DNA of 64,000 nucleotides from an uncultured Gemmatimonadales bacterium. GTDB lineage: Bacteria; Gemmatimonadota; Gemmatimonadetes; Gemmatimonadales; GWC2-71-9. Shown in pieces: positions 52,766-59,415 of the stretch (position 1 is its first letter; every line of letters begins with the position of its first letter). A model generated the notes under the pieces. That model ran no database searches. It had not been told where the DNA came from and was given only the letters and a program-made list of their open reading frames with translations. The stretch is from the NCBI GenBank assembly GCA_963771275.1, contig CAVYSW010000009.1, forward strand, positions 96,001-160,000, in the 5' to 3' direction. The translations under genes and the position numbers were made by a program.

Positions 52766-54743
52766 TGCGCGCCGGTCCGACGCCCCCGGGGCGGATCCCG
52801 GCCGCCCCGGCGGGGACCCGCACCCGCACCTCGAGGCCCGAGTCCGCCGCGCTTGCCGCCGCGACGGCCGTCACCGGCGCGTCGAGCCAGCGCCGCTCCC
52901 CCACCTCGGACAGGATCGCCGCACGCTGCCCAGCGCGCACCAGGGTGGCGCCCGCCCGCTCGAGCTGGATGCGGAGCTCCAGCGAATCGAGCGCCATCAG
53001 CCGCACCACGGGCTCGCCGGCGTCGTACCGGCGCCCGATCTGCTCCTCGATGCGCGGGCTCACCACGGTCGCGGCCGTGACCGCCCGCAAGGTGAGCGCC
53101 GCGATGCGGTCGGCCAGCACGTCCCGCCGTGCCGTGGCCTCGCCGAGCGCGCGGGCCGTCTGCTCCGCCTGATCGTACCGCCCCCGCGCCTGCGCCACCC
53201 GTACCTCCGCGGCAAGCGAGTCGGCCTGGCGGGCCGCCACGACGGACTCCCCCTCGAGCGCGAAGCTCCGCAGCCGGGCGACCGCCGCGCCGGCGGCCAC
53301 GCGCCCGCTCTCGCCCACGAATACCTGCTCGAGCACCGCGTCGTCGGGCGCGGCCAGGATCGTCTCGCGGGCCGGGCCGGCCGCGTAGCGCCCGGCGACG
53401 CGGATCGGCCAGGGCGTGAGGATCAGCGTCGCCAGGAGCGCCGCGGCGACCCCCGCGGTCCATCGCAGCCCGCGCCGCTCCCGCCACAGCGCGCGGTGCT
53501 CCCGCACCGTCATGACGAGGGCGCGGGCCCACTCGCGCACGCCGCTGCGGAGCAGCGCGCCGATCAGCAGCAGCGCGGCCAGTCCGCCGAGCGCGCCCAT
53601 CGTCCGATTGGCCCAGCCGAACACCGCGCCGGCGATGACGAACAGGATGGTCCCGATATACGCCAGGGACAGCGCGCCGTACACGAAGAACGCGCGCCGC
53701 TCGTAGGCGTCCGCCGGCGGCTCGGGCGTGTTGAGGCGCAGCACGTGCCGCTTGAGCGCCCAGGCGACGTGCCCCAGCGCCCGCTGTCGCAGGTTGGGGA
53801 TCTCGAGATAGTCGCTCAGCGCATAGTAGCCGTCGAGCGGGATCAGCGGGTTCGCGTTCATCAGCACCGTCGTGGCGCCGCCGATCAGCAGCGCCGCGAA
53901 CGCAATGCGCGACACGAGGCTCCCGGGATCCACCAGCACCCAGACGATGGCGGCGAGGCCGGCGATCACCAGCTGGATCCACGACCCCGCCGCCGTCACC
54001 CACAGCCGCTTGCGCAGCTCCGGAAAGGTCCAGGCATCATTCACGTTGCAGTAGAAGGCGGGCTCGAAGTAGATCAGCATCGCGCCCATCTCGTAGACCT
54101 GGCCGCCGAAGTACTTGCAGGTGAAGCCGTGGCCCAGCTCGTGGATCGCGATCACCACCATCCCGGTGCCCCAGAACACGGCGATGTTGGCGGGCGTGAA
54201 GAACTCGAGCGAGTACATCGCGCGCATACCCGCGAAGACCTGGCTGGCGTGGCCGACGAAGATGAGCCCGTAGACCACGAACAGCACGACCGACAGCACG
54301 AGGAACGGCGTCGAGAAGAACCACCGGAGGCGCGGCAGCCAGCGCGTGAAGAACCCGTCGGGGTCCCCCACGGAGAACCGCATGCGCAGCAGGCTGCCCT
54401 GATAGTGCGTGTTGCGTGCCCGCCGTGTGCGCTCGGCGCGCAGCCGCTCGAGCTCGAGCACCGATTTCTCGGCGAGCGACCGCTCCAGCAGCCCGAGCTG
54501 CCGCAGCCGCCGCGCGAACCCCTCCACCGCCGGCTGGGCGATCGGCATGCCCTGCGCGCGCAGGGCCGCCGCGACGTCGCCGCAGGTCGCGTCGCCGGTG
54601 AACTGCTGCATCACCAGCACCTCGAGCGGCTTGAACCGGAAGTACTTCCGGCTCACCGGGTCCTTCACGATGTAGGTGATCGCGCCGCGGTAGCGCTGCT
54701 CGACCAGGGACAGGTCGGACCGAAAGGCCGGGCGGGGCGGCAC
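52686..54743 (-). CDS. Fusion: PqqD/RRE-like N-terminal domain + M50 (site-2) intramembrane metalloprotease + HlyD-like adaptor domain
   Basis: N-terminal YIVKDP..RKYFRF..F.RRL..LGLLE; HELGH (HExxH); NANPLIPLDGYY (NxxPxxxLDG); C-terminal lipoyl/hairpin/barrel pattern; GTG start next to the upstream stop. Confidence 0.85.
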   Translation of the reverse strand: MPPRPAFRSDLSLVEQRYRGAITYIVKDPVSRKYFRFKPLEVLVMQQFTGDATCGDVAAALRAQGMPIAQPAVEGFARRLRQLGLLERSLAEKSVLELERLRAERTRRARNTHYQGSLLRMRFSVGDPDGFFTRWLPRLRWFFSTPFLVLSVVLFVVYGLIFVGHASQVFAGMRAMYSLEFFTPANIAVFWGTGMVVIAIHELGHGFTCKYFGGQVYEMGAMLIYFEPAFYCNVNDAWTFPELRKRLWVTAAGSWIQLVIAGLAAIVWVLVDPGSLVSRIAFAALLIGGATTVLMNANPLIPLDGYYALSDYLEIPNLRQRALGHVAWALKRHVLRLNTPEPPADAYERRAFFVYGALSLAYIGTILFVIAGAVFGWANRTMGALGGLAALLLIGALLRSGVREWARALVMTVREHRALWRERRGLRWTAGVAAALLATLILTPWPIRVAGRYAAGPARETILAAPDDAVLEQVFVGESGRVAAGAAVARLRSFALEGESVVAARQADSLAAEVRVAQARGRYDQAEQTARALGEATARRDVLADRIAALTLRAVTAATVVSPRIEEQIGRRYDAGEPVVRLMALDSLELRIQLERAGATLVRAGQRAAILSEVGERRWLDAPVTAVAAASAADSGLEVRVRVPAGAAGIRPGGVGPARITVRRSNLLGAVWWGVRKLLRNDVLL

Positions 54744-54744
54744 G

Positions 54745-55707
54745 TCAGGGTCGGACGACGCGCTCGCCGGGGGCGAGCCCCTGCACCACCTCCACCATCC
54801 CACCCGCCAGGGTCGCGCCGAGCGTGACGCGCCGCAGCACGGGCCGGCCGTCCTCCCACACGAGCACCCGGTCGCCGTCGCGCACCGCCGCCGCCGGCAC
54901 GGCGAGCACGCGCCCCGGCTGGGCGCCGAGTCGCACTTCCACGCCCGCGCCCGGCCGCAGACCGGCGCGCGCGTCGAGCTGCAGCACGATCTCCCGCGTG
55001 CCGCTCGCCGGGTCGATCGCGGGAGACGCCCGGATCACCCGCGCCGCCACCTTGCTGCCGTCGAGCGCACGCACCTCCGCCGCGGCCCCCGTCGTCATGC
55101 CCTGCGCCGCCTGCTCCGGCACCTGCACCGCCACGAGGAGCGGCCCCATGGCGCTCACGCGGAGCAGCGTGTCGCCTTCCTGCACGAGCCGGCCGGGCCG
55201 CACCTGGCGCTGCGTCACCATCCCGTCGAACGGCGCCAGGACGCGGGTGAATTCGAACGCCCGGCGGGCGCGGCGCTGCGCGACGTCCGCCAGCCGGTAC
55301 GCGAGCGCCGCGCGCTCGGAATCCGCCGGCGACACCAGGTGGCCGTCGGCCAGCGCCTCGAGCCGCTCGAGGGTCCGTCGGGCGTTGGCGACGTTGGCCT
55401 CGGCCTCATCGACCGCGATCACCTGATCGGTGCTCTCGAGCCGCACGAGCGTGTCACCCGCCCGCACGCGGCTCCCCACGTCCACGTAGACCGATTCCAC
55501 CGCGCCGGTGGCGCGCGCGTGCACGACCGCATCGTGCTCCACGTACAGTTGCCCGCGCAGCGTGACCGGCAGCGTCACGCTGATGCTGTCCACCGCGACC
55601 AGGTTCTCCGGCGAGCCCGTCGCCGCGGGGAGCACCGTTTGGGCCCGCTCGCCGCAGGCGAACGCCCCGAGCAGCAGTCCCGGCAGGGCTGCGCGACGTC
55701 CGATCAT
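54745..55707 (-). CDS. Periplasmic adaptor / membrane fusion protein (HlyD/RND MFP), lipoprotein
   Basis: Lipobox AFAC; G.VESVYVDVGSRVRAGD, APFDG.V, IDPASGT, VEVVQGL.PGE.VV; ATGA overlap with the upstream gene. Confidence 0.9.
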   Translation of the reverse strand: MIGRRAALPGLLLGAFACGERAQTVLPAATGSPENLVAVDSISVTLPVTLRGQLYVEHDAVVHARATGAVESVYVDVGSRVRAGDTLVRLESTDQVIAVDEAEANVANARRTLERLEALADGHLVSPADSERAALAYRLADVAQRRARRAFEFTRVLAPFDGMVTQRQVRPGRLVQEGDTLLRVSAMGPLLVAVQVPEQAAQGMTTGAAAEVRALDGSKVAARVIRASPAIDPASGTREIVLQLDARAGLRPGAGVEVRLGAQPGRVLAVPAAAVRDGDRVLVWEDGRPVLRRVTLGATLAGGMVEVVQGLAPGERVVRP

Positions 55708-57644
55708 GGCCACATCCTCCACCACAGCAGGCGGAGCCAGCGCACCGGCCCGCGCAGCACCCGCCCGAGCGTCGAGGCGGGCGCGGTGAGCACGCGCGCG
55801 TGGGCGACCATGCCCGGTCGCAGCGCGCCCTCCGGGTTGGGGACGACCGCCCGCACCGCGAACGCGACGTCGGGGGTCGCGTCGAGCGGCAGCGCCCCGA
55901 GGAACGTCACCCGGCCGTAGAACGTGCGTTGCGGCAGCGCGTCCACGCGCAGCCGGACCTCCTGCCCCAGGGCGACCCGCTCGACGTCGCGCTGGCTCAC
56001 CCCGAGATCGAGCTCGAGCGAATCGGTGCGCCCGATCACGAGCAACGAGTCGCCGGCCTCGGGCCGTCGCCCGATCAGCTCCTGCGGGCGCGCCGTCAGC
56101 ACCACGCCGGGCACCAGGCTCCGCACCGTCGCCGCGGCCACCTGCTCGTCGAGCAGGGCGCGCTCACGCCGCAGCGACGCGGCCCGGCCGCGCTGCAGCC
56201 GCTCGGTGGCGGCGTCGCCATGCGCCGCGGCCGCGGCGGCGAGCCGGTCGGCCACGTCCGCTTCCGCCCCCGTCGCTTCCGCAGCCCCGCGCAGCTCGAC
56301 GGTGCGCAGCTGCACGACGGGGTCGCCGCGCCGCACCATCTGCCCCTCGGCCACCAGCACCCGCTCCACCGAGCCGTCCACCAGGGGACGCACCACCACC
56401 CGATCCAGCGCGCGGAACGTCGGCGCGACCCCGACGACCCGGAGCGGCCAGCGAATCAGCGTGAGCGCGGCGAGCGCGAGGGCGGTCGCGGCCACGTACA
56501 CCTGGAGCCGGCGCCGCGGCAGGGCGAACACCGCGCGCTTGGCGCGGGCCACCTTGCCAAGGACGTCCACCAGCGGCACCTGCGCATACAGCTCGGCGTT
56601 GCGGGCGGCCACGGTCGTCTGGTTGGCCAGCACGCCGGCCAGCTCCCGCTGCGTCGCGCTCAGGAAGTCCGGCCGCTCGGCCTCGAAGATCAGCACCCCC
56701 AGCGTCCCCTGCTCGTCCCTGAGCGGCAGGTACAGCCCGCTCCGCGCGGCGTCCGCCGTGAGCCCGTCGCCGAACGCGCTCACGAACGCCCGGGCGTCGT
56801 CGGCCGTGGGGGCCCCGCCATCGGTGAGGTAGAACGGCTCGCCGCGCTCCACCGCCCACGTGCCCCGGCGTGCCAGCCGGCGCACCGCGTCGTCCTTGGG
56901 GTCCACCGCTTCCTGCCCCGCGATCGCCCGGATGTCGAGCCGGCCGTCGTGGTACAGACCGACCGCGCCGCGGTCGAACGGCAGGGCCTGCGTCGCCAGG
57001 TTCACCACCGAGCCCAGCACGCGGTCGAGGTCGAGCGTGGCGGTGATCTCCCGCGAGATCTCGAGCAACAGCGCCAGGTTGCGCGCGCGCTTCTCCGCCT
57101 GGTGCAACTGCGCGTTGCGCAGCGCCACGGCCGCGCTCTCGGCGAGCCCCTCCAGCAGCAGGCGGTCGTTCTCGTCGAAGATGCGCACGCCGCGCACCTT
57201 GTTGTTGACCTGGATCGAGCCGACGGTCTCCCCCTTGGCGACCATCGGCGCGGCCATCACCGTCGTCGTGATCATCGTGCTCGAGCGATCGAGCCGTGCC
57301 TGGAACCGCTCGTCCCGCATGGCGTCGGCCACGATCGTGCTGCGCTGCTTCCGCGCGACGTCGCCGACGAACCCGGTGCCGATCGGCGTCTCGCTGCCCA
57401 CGAGCTTGGCGCTCCCGGGCCCGAGCGCCAGCCGGCACGTGAGCACGTCGCCCTCGGCGATCCAGATGGATCCGCCCTGGGCGCCCAGGGCGTCGAGCAC
57501 GGTGTTGAACACCCGGGGCAACAGCTCGTCGAAGTCCAGCGAGCTGTTGAATTCCTGGCCGATGGCGCGCAGCAGGCGAAGTCGCTCGATTTCAGCGGTC
57601 AGATCGCCCAGGGCGTCCGTCGGGGGGAGGGGAGCCTCGTCCAT
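55704..57644 (-). CDS. GAF-GAF-TM-HlyD fusion protein
   Basis: Two GAF domains (SSLDFDELL..NK..FDENDR; ATLDLDRVL..LPL..GVL), TM helix, then adaptor motifs DGSVERVLVAEGQ.V..GD and LRPGM. Confidence 0.87.
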   Translation of the reverse strand: MDEAPLPPTDALGDLTAEIERLRLLRAIGQEFNSSLDFDELLPRVFNTVLDALGAQGGSIWIAEGDVLTCRLALGPGSAKLVGSETPIGTGFVGDVARKQRSTIVADAMRDERFQARLDRSSTMITTTVMAAPMVAKGETVGSIQVNNKVRGVRIFDENDRLLLEGLAESAAVALRNAQLHQAEKRARNLALLLEISREITATLDLDRVLGSVVNLATQALPFDRGAVGLYHDGRLDIRAIAGQEAVDPKDDAVRRLARRGTWAVERGEPFYLTDGGAPTADDARAFVSAFGDGLTADAARSGLYLPLRDEQGTLGVLIFEAERPDFLSATQRELAGVLANQTTVAARNAELYAQVPLVDVLGKVARAKRAVFALPRRRLQVYVAATALALAALTLIRWPLRVVGVAPTFRALDRVVVRPLVDGSVERVLVAEGQMVRRGDPVVQLRTVELRGAAEATGAEADVADRLAAAAAAHGDAATERLQRGRAASLRRERALLDEQVAAATVRSLVPGVVLTARPQELIGRRPEAGDSLLVIGRTDSLELDLGVSQRDVERVALGQEVRLRVDALPQRTFYGRVTFLGALPLDATPDVAFAVRAVVPNPEGALRPGMVAHARVLTAPASTLGRVLRGPVRWLRLLWWRMWP

Positions 57645-57733
57645 CGCCGTTCAAGTGGTCGCCGGGTGGGGGCGGTGTCAAGCACCGCAGGTGACAGCCC
57701 GACGCCTCGCCCGTCCGCAGGCCCCCCAATAGA

Positions 57734-57766
57734 CGAATCCCCGCGGCGTGCGGCCGCGGGGATTCG
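57734..57766 (-). terminator. 14-bp perfect hairpin downstream of precursor gene 3
   Basis: CGAATCCCCGCGGC-gtgcg-GCCGCGGGGATTCG; only a weak U-tract (TCTATT) on the minus strand. Confidence 0.65.
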
Positions 57767-57789
57767 GATCCGGAGAGCGGGAGAGCCGC

Positions 57790-57945
57790 CTACTCCTGGA
57801 GGCGGATCAGCTTGCTCGGCGCGATGCGCTCTTCGAGCTCCTCCACCGACAGCTCCAGCACCTCGGCCTGCTTCCCCGTCGCCTGCTTGATCGCCTTCTT
57901 CTGATCCGCCGTCAGCGCCAGGCGGAACGTCCCCTTCTTCTCCAT
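57790..57945 (-). CDS. Putative precursor peptide 3 (51 aa): MEKKGTFRLALTADQKKAIKQATGKQAEVLELSVEELEERIAP-SKLIRLQE
   Basis: GAGGAGG RBS; paralog of the two peptides at 58882 and 59071. Confidence 0.88.
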   Translation of the reverse strand: MEKKGTFRLALTADQKKAIKQATGKQAEVLELSVEELEERIAPSKLIRLQE

Positions 57946-58002
57946 GACCCCTCCTCGGCAAGTGGCTCCACCACGGTGACCGTCCACAATATCGGGAGCC
58001 GC

Positions 58003-58040
58003 CGTGAACGGGCCGTGAAACGACCTCGCCGGACCGTGAA
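58003..58040 (-). promoter_or_regulatory. Three TTCACG direct repeats (SARP-box-like) upstream of precursor 3
   Basis: CGTGAA on the plus strand at 58003, 58014 and 58035 (spacing 11 and 21); candidate -10 GATATT 9 nt after the last hexamer. Confidence 0.7.
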
Positions 58041-58053
58041 ACACCGCCCCACG

Positions 58054-58800
58054 TCACCCCTCGGCGTCCAGGAAGTGCTCGAGGCCCAGCTCGGCAAGCA
58101 GCTGCGGGGCCTCGGTGACCACATGCCAGGTGCGCTCCTGCTCGTTGGCCGCCTCGACGCAGGCATCGAGGTGGCCCCGCTCGTAGGGCGGGAAGTCGCC
58201 GGCCCGCTCCTCCGGCTCCGCCGAGCGCACGGTCAGGGCCCGGGTGGGCCGCGCCGGATCCGCCCACAGCGCGGCACGCCCGCCCGGCGTGATCGAGCAG
58301 CCCGCGGCGTACCCGAACTCGATGCGACCGGTTCCCACCGTGTACGCGATGCCGAATGGGAAGGTGCGGCAGATCGTCGGCCGATGCTCCCAGATGGTGC
58401 AGCGGCGCTCCGCCGGATCGTAGTGCAGACAATGCCCATCCACCGAGCGCATCCGCGGCTGATCGCGCGACGACACCCGGAACGCCCCGCGGACGCTCGC
58501 CAGCAGGCCCGCCGCCCGCAGCCGCACCAGATCCAGGAGGTTGAGGCGGATGCCGGCGTCCGCCGCCCAGCCGGTGCAGCACACCTTGGCGCAGCGGTGC
58601 GGCTGGCAGCGAAACACCCCGTCCCGCCAGGCGCGCGTCACGGTGCGCTCGTCGTCCACCGGCGCCAGCGCCGGATGGGGCGGGACTCCGGCGCGGGACT
58701 CTACCCACCGGATGTACTCGTCGGGAGTGGTCGGGTCGGTCACTTGACGCCTTCCGGGGATGGCCGGCCGGAGCCGCGGGTCGATTGGTGAGCCGCTCAT
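58054..58800 (-). CDS. YkgJ-family (CxxCxxCC) Cys-cluster, putative Fe-S/Zn protein
   Basis: FRCQPHRCAKVCC, CLHYD....CTIWEHRPTICRTFPF and a further Cys. Confidence 0.82.
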   Translation of the reverse strand: MSGSPIDPRLRPAIPGRRQVTDPTTPDEYIRWVESRAGVPPHPALAPVDDERTVTRAWRDGVFRCQPHRCAKVCCTGWAADAGIRLNLLDLVRLRAAGLLASVRGAFRVSSRDQPRMRSVDGHCLHYDPAERRCTIWEHRPTICRTFPFGIAYTVGTGRIEFGYAAGCSITPGGRAALWADPARPTRALTVRSAEPEERAGDFPPYERGHLDACVEAANEQERTWHVVTEAPQLLAELGLEHFLDAEG

Positions 58801-58818
58801 GAACGCCTGAACAACACA

Positions 58819-58863
58819 CCGGACGGTGCCGCCGCACAGCCTGCCCGCTGCGGCACCGTCCGG
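58819..58863 (-). terminator. 14-bp stem hairpin between precursor 2 and the YkgJ gene
   Basis: CCGGACGGTGCCGC (58819-58832) pairs with GCGGCACCGTCCGG (58850-58863). Confidence 0.6.
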
Positions 58864-58881
58864 ACGCGGCGGTGGCTGCGA

Positions 58882-59037
58882 CTACTTCAGGAACATCCTC
58901 GCGGGCGCGATCCGCTCTTCGAGCTCCTCGATCTTCAGCTCGAGCGCCTCGGCGTCCCTCCCGGTCGCGGTGCGGATCGCCTTCTTCTGCTCTTCCGTCA
59001 ACGTCAGGCGGAAGGTCCCTCCCTTTTTCGCCGGCAT
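58882..59037 (-). CDS. Putative precursor peptide 2 (51 aa): MPAKKGGTFRLTLTEEQKKAIRTATGRDAEALELKIEELEERIAP-ARMFLK
   Basis: Translated by hand (not in the ORF track); GGAGG RBS; near-duplicate of precursor 1. Confidence 0.88.
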   Translation of the reverse strand: MPAKKGGTFRLTLTEEQKKAIRTATGRDAEALELKIEELEERIAPARMFLK

Positions 59038-59070
59038 GGTGCTTCCTCCATGTGCTGGGGGTACGTGGGC

Positions 59071-59229
59071 TTAGAACTTGTCGAACAGCTTCGCGGGCGC
59101 GATCCGATCTTCCAGTTCCTCGATCTTCAGCTCGAGCGCCTCGGCGTCCTTCCCGGTCGCGCTGCGGATCGCCTTCTTCTGCTCTTCCGTCAGCGCCAGG
59201 CGGAAGGTGCCTCCCTTCTTCTGCGCCAT
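59071..59229 (-). CDS. Putative precursor peptide 1 (52 aa): MAQKKGGTFRLALTEEQKKAIRSATGKDAEALELKIEELEDRIAP-AKLFDKF
   Basis: GAGGAGG RBS; paralogous to precursors 2 and 3. Confidence 0.88.
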   Translation of the reverse strand: MAQKKGGTFRLALTEEQKKAIRSATGKDAEALELKIEELEDRIAPAKLFDKF

Positions 59230-59284
59230 CCATCCTCCTCGTGGACATGGGCCCCTCGGGAACGGTCGCAATGTGTTCCGCAAG

Positions 59285-59323
59285 CGTGAAACCGGCGTGA
59301 ACGACTGCGCCGCGGCGCGTGAA
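59285..59323 (-). promoter_or_regulatory. Three TTCACG direct repeats (SARP-box-like) upstream of precursor 1
   Basis: CGTGAA on the plus strand at 59285, 59296 and 59318 (spacing 11 and 22); candidate -10 CACATT 9 nt after the last hexamer. Confidence 0.72.
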
Positions 59324-59415
59324 ATACGCCAGGCGGATCGACCGGCCGGGCGACACTTGCCGGGCGGCCGGGCCGGGGTAGGTTAGACGGTGACCCACCC
59401 TGCGGGGCAACGCTG

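Noticed and set aside
58054..58800. Radical SAM maturase
   Set aside because: Lacks CxxxCxxC and a TIM-barrel-sized domain; the Cys pattern fits the YkgJ family
57790..59229. Assigning the peptides to PqqA, lanthipeptide, lasso, double-glycine bacteriocin or pearlin (AmmA-like) classes
   Set aside because: No ExxxY, no Cys, no GG cleavage site, and no PqqE, Lan, lasso or PEARL enzyme in the window; the IAP resemblance to pearlin scaffolds is only from memory and too weak
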